DNA of 64,000 bases from a virus (taxonomy: Duplodnaviria; Caudoviricetes), in IMG/VR virus record IMGVR_UViG_3300034106_004043, one strand, 5' to 3'. Both the position numbers and the translations under genes were made by a program. Below are positions 1-8,904 of the stretch, in pieces (positions within the stretch are counted from its first letter, which is position 1; every line of letters begins with the position of its first letter). The notes below the pieces were generated by a model that saw nothing but the letters and a program-made list of their open reading frames with translations, was not told the origin of the DNA and searched no databases.

Positions 1-235
1 CCGCCTCTAATAACGAGTCACCTACTTGTGGAAGTTCTGCGTTACGAAGACGAACTTGGTGTTTACCAAATGAGCTCTTACCCACTTGTTTTGCTCCACT
101 TACTTGCCATCCGTTTTGGATGAACTTGTCAACTACATCAATGGTAGGAACCATGGTGTAACGGTCAGATAATTTTGAAAGTTTTTCAGTTTGGAATAAT
201 GCTGGTACTGTTGTTTTTAAATCTTGTAGGTTCAT
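1..235 (-). CDS. DUF932/DUF945-family phage protein (partial, runs off the window start)
   Basis: Not in the ORF track. Manual translation from ATG at 235: MNLQDLKTTVPALFQTEKLSKLSDRYTMVPTIDVVDKFIQNGWQVSGAKQVGKSSFGKHQVRLRN. The LSDRY..VPT..V....GW...KH.VRLR pattern is typical of DUF932. TATATTTG lies upstream. Confidence 0.7.
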   Translation of the reverse strand, partial: MNLQDLKTTVPALFQTEKLSKLSDRYTMVPTIDVVDKFIQNGWQVSGAKQVGKSSFGKHQVRLRNAELPQVGDSLLEA

Positions 236-257
236 AGTGTTTATTTGTTTATGACTA

Positions 258-265
258 CAAATATA
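258..265 (-). promoter_or_regulatory. Bacteroidota -7 promoter element TATATTTG
   Basis: Exact TAnnTTTG match 22 nt upstream of the ATG at 235. Confidence 0.55.
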
Positions 266-275
266 CAACACTTTC

Positions 276-566
276 TTAGTTAAGCCAAATAATTCCGTAA
301 TTTGTTTTGATAACAGGTGTTTTTATTTCTAATGGTTTAACAGTTTTGTTTGTCTCATCGTACATACCTACAACAATATCAATAAGTTGTTGCTGGGTAA
401 GGATAAGTTCCAAACCATTATCAAGGTTTTCGTAAACTTTTTCTTTAACCCTTTCGTAGAAAGTATTTTTCTTAAGTTTCCCGATTAAGTCAATCAAATC
501 GTTGGGGTTCTTTTCGAAGAACCCTATCAACTGATTTAAGTAAATTTCCGCATCTACATTTTTCAT
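276..566 (-). CDS. hypothetical protein (96 aa)
   Basis: ORF track; co-oriented with neighbours and tightly packed. Confidence 0.7.
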   Translation of the reverse strand: MKNVDAEIYLNQLIGFFEKNPNDLIDLIGKLKKNTFYERVKEKVYENLDNGLELILTQQQLIDIVVGMYDETNKTVKPLEIKTPVIKTNYGIIWLN

Positions 567-604
567 AGGCAGTAAGATTAGGAAACAAAGATATAACTAA
601 TTTA

Positions 605-1957
605 TTAAACTACATAATAATAACCATCACCTTCCTCATGTAAAACATCTTTAAGTTCTTCAGGAAGTTTAACATTACTTCCACTTACATTTAAGAAACC
701 TAACATAGGTAAATCTTTAATACACGTTGGGATAGTCGTTAACTGAGGGTTGTTTGGTAAAGCAAGTAATAGTAAACTTGTCAAATTACAAATACTATCA
801 GGAACAGATTTAACCATACCACCTAATAAAAGTGTTTGTAACTTATCAAATCTTCCAATACTTTCAGGAACCTCAAGAGCAATTGTTTCTTTAATGTTTT
901 TTGAAGTTTGGATAATTAATTGCTCCAAGTCATCTGGTAGGTTGTCAAATAATTCTTTAAATCCATATAATCCAACGAACTTACCTGCTGAAGATTCAGG
1001 ATAAACAATATCAACTCTCTTACCATTCTCTTTTGCCAATCCTTTAGCAAATTCAGGTTTGAAGAATTCTTTAAGTTCCGCCAACTTACCTTGTAACATT
1101 TCAACAATATTCACATTTCTATCGTTTCTATCCATAAACTGATTAGACTGAAAGTGCCATTGGTATCTTTCAACAGGTAGACCTGATTTCTTACCCAAAT
1201 CAGAACTTTGATTAGGTAGAATTACATATAATGGTCCTTGTTTGATATAAGTGTTAAAGTAACTTAAACCAGGTGAAGATGTACACCATCTTGTTTCACC
1301 CATATCAGGTTCGTGATAACCACCAAAGAAACAAGCCGCGTTTTTACCAAGTTCAGTTTGGTCTTCAATTTTAACAACAGTCCAGTTTGGTCCTTTAAAT
1401 GCAATCGTTGAACCAGGGTATTGGTAAGTTGATTTAGCTTCTTCTTTTTCTTGTTTTGTTCCTTTTGTTTTTTCTAACTTAAAGTCCTTAACCGCATCAA
1501 ATAATGTATCAACAGTCAATTTATTAATATCTCTTTTGTCAGCTTCTAATTGACCTTTGAATCTCTCAAACTTCTTTAAGTCGTCAGTAACCTTGTATAA
1601 ATCCTCAAGGTATAAGTCACGATATCTTTTAACTAATTGTTTATATTCAGGTGAACCAACTTCAACATCCGCTCTTTCATCACTAAATGATGGTTTCAAG
1701 AAATTCTTTAATATCCAGTTAGTATACTTACCAACCTTAACAATTTCCATTTGTTCAGGTGTTAGACTATCAATATTTTGAAGTAAGCTTTGCGGAGCTC
1801 TTGTAGTAGGGTCAGCAAAGATAATAGTTCTCAATGTTTCAAAAGGGATTTTACCAGGTTCAGGTTTTCTACCACCTTTGTCAACTAATTTATCATATAG
1901 AAGATTAAATCTTGAATCTTCTAAGATAATGTTTTTTAAGATATTAGTAAATTTCAT
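605..1957 (-). CDS. hypothetical protein with C-terminal leucine-rich repeats; possible virion internal protein
   Basis: LRR-like segments near the C-terminus (VPESIGRFDKLQTLLL, VPDSICNLTSLLLLAL, IPTCIKDLPMLGFLNV). Central WCTS...YFNTY..QGPLYVI block. N-terminus MKFTNILKNIILE. TATTTAT upstream. Confidence 0.75.
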   Translation of the reverse strand: MKFTNILKNIILEDSRFNLLYDKLVDKGGRKPEPGKIPFETLRTIIFADPTTRAPQSLLQNIDSLTPEQMEIVKVGKYTNWILKNFLKPSFSDERADVEVGSPEYKQLVKRYRDLYLEDLYKVTDDLKKFERFKGQLEADKRDINKLTVDTLFDAVKDFKLEKTKGTKQEKEEAKSTYQYPGSTIAFKGPNWTVVKIEDQTELGKNAACFFGGYHEPDMGETRWCTSSPGLSYFNTYIKQGPLYVILPNQSSDLGKKSGLPVERYQWHFQSNQFMDRNDRNVNIVEMLQGKLAELKEFFKPEFAKGLAKENGKRVDIVYPESSAGKFVGLYGFKELFDNLPDDLEQLIIQTSKNIKETIALEVPESIGRFDKLQTLLLGGMVKSVPDSICNLTSLLLLALPNNPQLTTIPTCIKDLPMLGFLNVSGSNVKLPEELKDVLHEEGDGYYYVV

Positions 1958-1981
1958 TTCTAAAGTTTTTATATAAATATA

Positions 1982-2824
1982 TCAATAATTCATAATTAAT
2001 AGTTCTTCCCCCATATTTTGTACCTTTCCTTTCTTTGCTGCCGCGGCTTTAGCAAATTCTTTCTTCTCCCATTTGTATTCCTCCTTTGGGAACCACTCAT
2101 TCAACAACTGAAAATCGTAGTAAGATAAACTAAACTTACCTTTAATACCTTTCAAACAATCAGCCAATCTTTCGTGGTCTTCCCTATCAAAATCGTGGTT
2201 TGAGTAATAGTTCTCGGTTTTCCAGTACGGCGGGTCAACATAAAAGTATGTTGTTGGACTATCAAACTCTTTAATAACATCTTCAAAATCACCCAATCTA
2301 AACTCTGATATTCTATTGAAATGTTCCACCCATTCAGGTTTAGATAATTTATCTCTAAAGGTAAGATATTTTGACTTATACTTTCCCTTTAAATCAATAA
2401 AACTTGATGTCTCAGGTTTTGAACCACTGAAAACCTGTGTCAGAACATAAGCATACTTCGCAGCAACACCATAATCAGGATAGTTAATTGTTAAACCATG
2501 AGAGAAAATTTCCTTTTGAAACTCATTAAATTGTTCTTTATAAACTGGTGGTGTTACTTCCACACCTTGTTGTTGACATGGGATACTATTAATTGAGGAT
2601 AACAGAGTCTCAGGGTCCTGAAGACACATAAACAAATTATAGTTCAAAGGATTAAAGTCGTTATAAACAACTCTTTTTAAATTAGGATATTGTTTTAAAT
2701 CCATGTTGAAGAAACACCAAAACATACCACCAAATGTTTCAACATACGTTTCCATATCTGTTGGGTAGAATGGGACAATCCACTTACCTATCTTACTCTT
2801 ACCTCCAATATATGATAATGCCAT
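1982..2824 (-). CDS. DNA adenine methyltransferase, Dam/D12 class (target site unknown)
   Basis: YIGGKS at the N-terminus, VETFGG SAM-binding motif, YNDFN, and catalytic DPPY. Confidence 0.9.
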   Translation of the reverse strand: MALSYIGGKSKIGKWIVPFYPTDMETYVETFGGMFWCFFNMDLKQYPNLKRVVYNDFNPLNYNLFMCLQDPETLLSSINSIPCQQQGVEVTPPVYKEQFNEFQKEIFSHGLTINYPDYGVAAKYAYVLTQVFSGSKPETSSFIDLKGKYKSKYLTFRDKLSKPEWVEHFNRISEFRLGDFEDVIKEFDSPTTYFYVDPPYWKTENYYSNHDFDREDHERLADCLKGIKGKFSLSYYDFQLLNEWFPKEEYKWEKKEFAKAAAAKKGKVQNMGEELLIMNY

Positions 2825-2850
2825 AAAATAATTTTTATCTAAATATAATT

Positions 2851-2988
2851 CTAATCTTGGTAGATATCAACCTTCTTAAGTTTTTTACGCGAATACTCCT
2901 TGCCGCATGGTACAACTTTTGTAATCATATTTCGTCTCACAATTTGAGCGACGTGACGTAAGTTAAGTGGTAGTATTTCCTGTTTCAT
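2851..2988 (-). CDS. small basic hypothetical protein (45 aa)
   Basis: Manual translation MKQEILPLNLRHVAQIVRRNMITKVVPCGKEYSRKKLKKVDIYQD*. TATCTTTG lies 4 nt upstream of the ATG. Confidence 0.5.
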   Translation of the reverse strand: MKQEILPLNLRHVAQIVRRNMITKVVPCGKEYSRKKLKKVDIYQD

Positions 2989-2992
2989 ACGA

Positions 2993-3000
2993 CAAAGATA
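2993..3000 (-). promoter_or_regulatory. Bacteroidota -7 promoter element TATCTTTG
   Basis: Exact TAnnTTTG match 4 nt before the ATG at 2988. Confidence 0.6.
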
Positions 3001-3043
3001 TGTCAAAAAAAGTTTAAAATATATTTTTTTATTCGGGATATTC

Positions 3044-3055
3044 TATTTATATTTG
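3044..3055 (+). promoter_or_regulatory. overlapping TATTTAT motif and TATATTTG -7 element in front of the candidate ncRNA
   Basis: Sequence TATTTATATTTG contains both recurrent upstream motifs of this window. Confidence 0.45.
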
Positions 3056-3059
3056 TATT

Positions 3060-3205
3060 CAAGTTAAACGAATGGGGTCAACTTAATAACCCAACCAAAT
3101 CATTAAGTCGGAATTGAACCCCGGTGTGTTCAAAGGCAAAAGCCTCAACCGTTAGGTGAAAAAGATAGAAACCCTCATTACATCGGATGTTTTGGGGGTT
3201 TTTAT
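3060..3205 (+). ncRNA. candidate structured non-coding RNA
   Basis: No ORF, and more GC-rich than its flanks. Nested stems GGGGTCA(3074)/TGAACCCC(3115) and ACTTAAT(3081)/ATTAAGT(3102), hairpin AGGC-AAAA-GCCT(3134), then a terminal hairpin with T-tract. Promoter-like motif directly upstream. Confidence 0.4.
3168..3205. terminator. probable bidirectional intrinsic terminator
   Basis: AAACCCTCA...TGGGGGTTT stem with inner ACAT-CGG-ATGT, and T-tracts on both strands. It abuts the stop of the minus-strand gene at 3206. Confidence 0.6.
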
Positions 3206-3592
3206 TTATACGTAAATTTGGAAATCGTTTTTACCAGTTGTGTAAAATCTTTTCTTACGTATGGTAGTGACAATATTAATTTGAAAATTATAACAATCTT
3301 GTTCTTCTAAATTGGTAATAACATTCAGGAATGGATAATCTTTTTGTGAAACTACTATTGATGAATCTTGTCCTAACTCTCCCTCTTTAATACCTCTTAA
3401 TATTTCAGGTAGTCCAAGGTTTAATAAACTTAAGATTTCATCATTAGTAATTACTTCATCTTTACCATGTCTATACCTTTGTGTATTTCCGTGCGCCGAG
3501 TTTTCAATAGATACTTTAACTTTAATATCTCCAAAAAGCTTTCCAATCCTTTCTTCATTTATTATTTTTACTATACAACTTAAAAGGTTCAT
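3206..3592 (-). CDS. hypothetical protein, possible virion internal protein
   Basis: ORF track 3206..3607. The ATG at 3592 (MNLLSCIVKIINEE) is preferred because it lies 4 nt after TATTTAT. Confidence 0.7.
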   Translation of the reverse strand: MNLLSCIVKIINEERIGKLFGDIKVKVSIENSAHGNTQRYRHGKDEVITNDEILSLLNLGLPEILRGIKEGELGQDSSIVVSQKDYPFLNVITNLEEQDCYNFQINIVTTIRKKRFYTTGKNDFQIYV

Positions 3593-3612
3593 AATTATAA
3601 ATAACACAGAAT

Positions 3613-3774
3613 ATGGAAAATTTAAAAAAAACCGAAGAAAAAAAATGTACTAAATGTGATAAAATGAAACAAAGTATCGTTCCTCAAGTCGCAATTGGGG
3701 TGTTAGTATTTAGTTTCACTATCTATGGTATAGTTGAATTTGTTAAAGACATTATTGAATTACTTACCAAGTAA
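3613..3774 (+). CDS. small membrane protein (53 aa) with CxxC
   Basis: Manual translation MENLKKTEEKKCTKCDKMKQSIVPQVAIGVLVFSFTIYGIVEFVKDIIELLTK*, with one hydrophobic helix. It fills the intergenic gap. Confidence 0.55.
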   Translation: MENLKKTEEKKCTKCDKMKQSIVPQVAIGVLVFSFTIYGIVEFVKDIIELLTK

Positions 3775-5892
3775 TTCAATAATTTTATCTTTTACCATCT
3801 CAGATGTTATCTTTTTAGAACATTCAAACATTTTATCATTCCCCTTATTTATTGGACACCAATTCCAATCACCTGGGTCTAATCTAAACTTATTTGCACA
3901 TCCTCTACAAGTATTTTCAGGTGCACTAACTTTATAAACATTATCATAAGGTTCGTTAAACTCTTCAGTAAATCCTGAAATCAATACTGTTGGGATATCC
4001 AAAGCCCAAGTAACCCATGAAATACCACTTGATATTCCAATAAAGAATTCACAGGTAGATAACTCTTCAATCAGTTTATAGATTGAGCCAGAAGGGTTTT
4101 GTTTAGCACCTTTAGGATAAAAATTACCCATATACCCATCTTCCTCTTTTGAATAAATGATTACCTCATAACCAAGAGATATAAGATAATCAGTAATTTC
4201 TTGCCATCCTTTTGGGTTATTCCAATATTTGGATTGAGCGGTTGAATGAATACCCAATCCAACTCGTTTTTTCTTTAACTTGTTAGGGTTTTTAATTAAA
4301 GGTTTTACTTCCTTATATTCCAAACCTAAAATGTCTGTCGCGGTTTTTTGTAATGGACCTAATTTAAAGTCACTTGGGTGTCTATCAGTTTTAACATTAT
4401 CACCATCGTAAAACCAACCTATCTCATACATTGCGTATAGGTTATCAACCGTACTGCCAGGGGGGACAAATTGTATTTCAGGATATTGTTTTACAAACAA
4501 ATCGTTAAAGAATGTTGAACAGATAACCTTACAATTATGTTTTTTTCTAAATTCCTCAGCGTAAGGTGCCCAAGCGAATGTATCACCTAAAGATTTAGAA
4601 TCTAAAGCGATATATACTCGTTTGTTCTCCGCATTATATTTCTTTTCACTAATTAAATTACCTTCAGAGTAAATTTTTAAAGTATACTCATCAAAATATT
4701 TCTTACTTAATCTGACCCACATATTACAACCAATCTCCTCACGATATTCACAGTCACCACTCTGATTCCAAAACTCAACCAAATATCGTTTATCACTATT
4801 ACCCTTAATTTCAACTAACGCTCCGTTGATATAATGATTAATTACTTCAATTTTTTCAACCATCTCTTTTGGTTTTATTTCAGTATTTTCAAATACTTTA
4901 TCAAATCTTTGTTTTGTCTCAAGACTATTCAAATTTTTTCTACTGTTAATAAGGTCTTCATAAATTCTAACCATCCTTTTAGTAATAACACTCCAATCGT
5001 ATTTTTGTCTATCTAATTCAGTGTTATTTAAATATAAATCATAATTGTCAATTACTTGTTTAATACCACTAACTATTTGATTTACATCTCTTTCAACTAT
5101 AACCATTCCTTCTATTGTTTGTGAACCCAAATAAGTACCAACAACGGGTATATTACAAGATACCGCCTCTAATAATGTTAGGTTTGGATGTCCGGCTTCC
5201 AACATAGATGGATGTAAGAAGATTGAATGACTTTTATATAGTTCTAATATTTGTTCTTCATTTGGATTTGAGAACATTAAAGTTAACTTATCGTAATTTA
5301 ATAAGTCATTGTGATGTTCAAAGAATATTCTGTTATTTTCAGGACCAGCAACAGTAATAGGTAAATCTAATTTGATTGCGGATTCAATCGCATATCTAAA
5401 TCCTTTTCTATCGTAGGTTGAATCACCACCAATACCATTGTTTGCTAAACACAATAATTTATGTTCAGTTCTTTTTGGATTGTCATTTTTAAAGAAATCA
5501 GTATTAACACCATGTGATAGATAGAACAACTTATCTGTCTCATCAAAGTAATCAACTAAAAACTCAGCGTGGGTGAAAGATATCACAGACCTTTTAATTG
5601 CTTCTAAATTTTGTTGGTAGTTAGATGACTCCTTACCGTAATAAACAACGTGGTGGTCATGTAATGAGAAGATATAAGGGATACCTCTATTTGCCGCTTC
5701 AATAGCCAAATTAGCCATATGAATATGAATAATATCACTACTGTTAGTATCTACCTCATTAAGATATTTTATATCACATTGGTGTCCTAACTCTTTAATA
5801 TTGTTGTAATATTCCCATATTACTTTTTCAACCGCCCCCCAACCATTTGGTGGTATTGTAATAATTCCAGGTGTTACTTGTGTAATTCTCAT
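3760..5892 (-). CDS. fusion of a GT4 glycosyltransferase and a TibC/AAH-like (autotransporter heptosyltransferase family) domain
   Basis: N-half: PPNGWGAVE and EAGHPNLTLLEA (GT4 E-x7-E). C-half: SKSLGDTFAWAPY, FIGISSGISWVTWA, and C-x2-C-x13-C-x11-C (CRGC...WCP...FECSK) resembling the iron-finger motif. Confidence 0.8.
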   Translation of the reverse strand: MRITQVTPGIITIPPNGWGAVEKVIWEYYNNIKELGHQCDIKYLNEVDTNSSDIIHIHMANLAIEAANRGIPYIFSLHDHHVVYYGKESSNYQQNLEAIKRSVISFTHAEFLVDYFDETDKLFYLSHGVNTDFFKNDNPKRTEHKLLCLANNGIGGDSTYDRKGFRYAIESAIKLDLPITVAGPENNRIFFEHHNDLLNYDKLTLMFSNPNEEQILELYKSHSIFLHPSMLEAGHPNLTLLEAVSCNIPVVGTYLGSQTIEGMVIVERDVNQIVSGIKQVIDNYDLYLNNTELDRQKYDWSVITKRMVRIYEDLINSRKNLNSLETKQRFDKVFENTEIKPKEMVEKIEVINHYINGALVEIKGNSDKRYLVEFWNQSGDCEYREEIGCNMWVRLSKKYFDEYTLKIYSEGNLISEKKYNAENKRVYIALDSKSLGDTFAWAPYAEEFRKKHNCKVICSTFFNDLFVKQYPEIQFVPPGSTVDNLYAMYEIGWFYDGDNVKTDRHPSDFKLGPLQKTATDILGLEYKEVKPLIKNPNKLKKKRVGLGIHSTAQSKYWNNPKGWQEITDYLISLGYEVIIYSKEEDGYMGNFYPKGAKQNPSGSIYKLIEELSTCEFFIGISSGISWVTWALDIPTVLISGFTEEFNEPYDNVYKVSAPENTCRGCANKFRLDPGDWNWCPINKGNDKMFECSKKITSEMVKDKIIELLGK

Positions 5893-6575
5893 ATTAAACT
5901 AAAATTTTCATTTTTTCTTTTATCATAAGTTTCCCTATCTGTTGAAGCATATTTTTCATTCTCAATATCTAGTTCATCCATTGACCCTGGGTTAAAATAA
6001 TAATGTTTATGTAAATAAATAAAATCACCAATATATGTTATTTTATTTAAAATTTTACCGACTTGAGTAAGTTCATCATCACAGTAAAAAGAATAATAAA
6101 TAGGGTTAAATATATAACCAAATCTTTCATAATATTTTCTACCCATAACAGGATGTGTACAAATTAATTCATTTTGTATACCATCAGGAAAATGTAAAAT
6201 ACCGTCTAAATCAGGGTAAAACTCTAACATATATTTTCTAATATGTAAATCAATATTTTCTTTAGGAAATTCAAAATCGTCAGCAATATTCATAACAATA
6301 TCCCAATCAGATATTTTATTAATATTATAATTTGTGGCAATTATTTTACCTTTAGAGTCCGATGAAAATACTTTTATAATACTTGAATATCTATGATTTA
6401 AAATAAAATTTTTAATTTCATCTGAATTCATTGTATCATCGTCATTATCTATTGAGACTAAAATTATACAATTTTCATAATCGTATAATTTATCACATAA
6501 CTCATTAATTACATTAATAAATTTTTTAGGTCTACTCCTTGTTGCAAAATTAAATAGGATTTTTAAATTTTTCAT
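5889..6575 (-). CDS. GT-A fold glycosyltransferase (GT2-like)
   Basis: FATRSRP N-terminus, IDNDD, IADD (DxD-like), YCDDEL. 4-nt overlap with the next gene. Confidence 0.7.
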   Translation of the reverse strand: MKNLKILFNFATRSRPKKFINVINELCDKLYDYENCIILVSIDNDDDTMNSDEIKNFILNHRYSSIIKVFSSDSKGKIIATNYNINKISDWDIVMNIADDFEFPKENIDLHIRKYMLEFYPDLDGILHFPDGIQNELICTHPVMGRKYYERFGYIFNPIYYSFYCDDELTQVGKILNKITYIGDFIYLHKHYYFNPGSMDELDIENEKYASTDRETYDKRKNENFSLI

Positions 6576-6576
6576 A

Positions 6577-7317
6577 CTATTTTGTAAAAACTTTATATTC
6601 TTTATCTATAAATGACTCACCATCTACTTGAGTTGTTATTCTTTTATTTAAAACACCCATGGTCAATCTTTGTTCTGAACATATTATATTGAAAAACGTG
6701 TCAGCACAATCCCATCTATGTGTTCTCAACTGGTTCATTATTGTTTTACGTGATTTCTTTGAAAACATTATACATTGTAAACCAATTATTTTATTTGTAA
6801 TAAACAATAAATCTTGATTTGGTATTTCCCTAACCACATCAGATTGGTGCCATCCATAATCTAAGGTTTTAGTATCACCGAATGAAAAATAAGAAATGTC
6901 TTCCTGATTAACAATACTACACACCTGATTAACTTTATCTATAAACTCCTCAATCGGAACTTCTATAATACAATCACCTTCACAGACAATTAAGAAATCT
7001 AAATCATTATCAAATTCAGATAAGATACCTATTTTAAATGCTTCAAAACATCCGTAGTGAGCCGGTGTTAAAGCGTTACCATATTCAGGGTCATTAACAT
7101 CTTCATACTTACCCATTCTAACATTATGTGGTCTAACACTAGTATGAATTGGAGGTAAAGAAGCATATAACTCGTTCTGATGTAAAACATATTCAATACC
7201 ATAAGGGATTACCTGTTGTACAGATTTTCTTGATTCTTTTTCTCTATGTTCATTCTGTGTTGTCTGTAAATGAACTAATTTAATCTTATAATTCATATGA
7301 TTTTTTACGGTCTCCAT
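6577..7317 (-). CDS. GT25-like glycosyltransferase
   Basis: HYGCFEAF...FLIVCEGD resembles the GC..SH...ILEDD core of GT25. The start may be the second Met (MNYKIK). Confidence 0.55.
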   Translation of the reverse strand: METVKNHMNYKIKLVHLQTTQNEHREKESRKSVQQVIPYGIEYVLHQNELYASLPPIHTSVRPHNVRMGKYEDVNDPEYGNALTPAHYGCFEAFKIGILSEFDNDLDFLIVCEGDCIIEVPIEEFIDKVNQVCSIVNQEDISYFSFGDTKTLDYGWHQSDVVREIPNQDLLFITNKIIGLQCIMFSKKSRKTIMNQLRTHRWDCADTFFNIICSEQRLTMGVLNKRITTQVDGESFIDKEYKVFTK

Positions 7318-8900
7318 AATCCAATACCACCAAACCCTTGTGAGTGTTGACCATTTAATTTAACATTACCAGATGACTTAGTACATACTAAATTAATTTT
7401 TGTACCTTCATCTAAATCTTGCCAAAATTTATAAACCTGACCGGCGTAACTATCGGCGAATATATGGTTAGGGTCAATGTCGTGGAAACCAATCACACCA
7501 CGTGGTGATAATAAATTTTTATATAATTCAAAATCATGTTTAACACCATCATATGTGTGGTCACCATCAATAAAAATAAAATCGTATTTTGGACAAAAAT
7601 CTTTTACTTGTTCAAACATATCTTTAGTATGTGAGTCCCCTTGGAAGAATTTCCAATCTTCTCCGTGCATAAAATGATGTATAATTGATTGTCTTGGTTC
7701 AATATCTACTGAAACTTTCTTACCCGTTGATAGTTTTGACATCAACCAAAAGGTACTACCCATTGTCCCAATTTCTAATATATTATGAGGTTTAAACCCT
7801 CCTAGCCAATAGGATAATGTTAATATTTCTTCATACACCTGCATGAAAATACATTTTTCCATCAAATCAAAATCCAAACAATAATCCACTAACTCTTTTG
7901 GTTCATTAGTTTTTATAATATTTGTTTTTGTTGATTTAGAAAGTTGTTTAGATAATAAATTCACTATTGAATCGTAATAACGAATATGGTGATTATTATT
8001 ACATAGTTTAGATGTGTCAACTAATCCATCAGGTAGTGTATAGTCTTTAGTCCAATCCAAATATTCAATAAAACCAATTTTATTTTTCCAATATGTATCG
8101 AATAATTTAAAACAAAGTTTTCTATCATCTTCAGTTCCTAATATATATTCATATAAAAATCCATCTCTCATCGGTGGATTAGGTGACAATATAACAATAC
8201 GATTATTATAAATTTCTTTAATTTTTAAAATTGAATTAAAGTAACTATCCATCAACTCTAAACAAGCTTCTTTTAAAGTAATGTTCTTGTTTTCACAATG
8301 TTTATGAATTGTGTATCTGAAATCTATCTCACCCAAATAGAACACTAAAACATCTTTTTCTTGTATCGGAAGAGAATCAAGTAACCCTAAGAAGTCACCA
8401 TTAACAAATCGATTTAAACTTAATGAAGTCTGACTAACCCTTATAGGTACATGTCTCCCTACCCTATCAAATTTATTATTAGTATCGCCAAAACTAGCCC
8501 AAGCGTTTGAATCCCCTATAATCCAAGCTCTTTTAAGATATTCAGGATTAGATAAAGAATGATTACGCATTTCAAAAGATTTATGGTGAGTCTTAATTAC
8601 CTCATCATATATTATTTGATTAGTACTTAAATCTTCAACTTTAATTCTAACACCAAATTTTAAATTAGGTTTTTCATTATTATCAATTTCATCAACACTA
8701 AATCGAGTCCAAAAATTAATATTATTTGGAATTGTAACAGTGTCCGAACCTGGTATGTATTCGATATTAAAAAATGGGTCTAGTATAGTTAATTTTATAG
8801 TACTTTCATTACTGATTGGATTTTCAACACTATAATGTATTTCACAAACAGATTCTGTAATTAATCGTTTTTCTTCCAATCTAATTAAATTAAACTTCAT
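7305..8900 (-). CDS. multidomain protein: unknown N-terminal domain + SGNH/GDSL-like domain + class I SAM methyltransferase (Methyltransf_24-like)
   Basis: IIGDS and LGEID blocks (SGNH-like); LEIGT and DFIFIDGDHTYDGVKHDF...GFHD (Methyltransf_24 type). Confidence 0.7.
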   Translation of the reverse strand: MKFNLIRLEEKRLITESVCEIHYSVENPISNESTIKLTILDPFFNIEYIPGSDTVTIPNNINFWTRFSVDEIDNNEKPNLKFGVRIKVEDLSTNQIIYDEVIKTHHKSFEMRNHSLSNPEYLKRAWIIGDSNAWASFGDTNNKFDRVGRHVPIRVSQTSLSLNRFVNGDFLGLLDSLPIQEKDVLVFYLGEIDFRYTIHKHCENKNITLKEACLELMDSYFNSILKIKEIYNNRIVILSPNPPMRDGFLYEYILGTEDDRKLCFKLFDTYWKNKIGFIEYLDWTKDYTLPDGLVDTSKLCNNNHHIRYYDSIVNLLSKQLSKSTKTNIIKTNEPKELVDYCLDFDLMEKCIFMQVYEEILTLSYWLGGFKPHNILEIGTMGSTFWLMSKLSTGKKVSVDIEPRQSIIHHFMHGEDWKFFQGDSHTKDMFEQVKDFCPKYDFIFIDGDHTYDGVKHDFELYKNLLSPRGVIGFHDIDPNHIFADSYAGQVYKFWQDLDEGTKINLVCTKSSGNVKLNGQHSQGFGGIGLWRP

Positions 8901-8904
8901 ATTA

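Noticed and set aside
750-1781. Short alternative-frame ORFs inside long genes (also at 3734, 4834, 7477, 12107, 15183, 19481, 26971 and others)
   Set aside because: They are nested in well-supported CDSs and lack motifs or upstream signals.
3110-3165. c-di-GMP-I (GEMM) or SAM-II riboswitch, suggested by GGCAAAAGCC and AACCG...AAAAAG
   Set aside because: The other conserved elements are missing and there is no same-strand gene downstream. Kept only as an unassigned RNA candidate.
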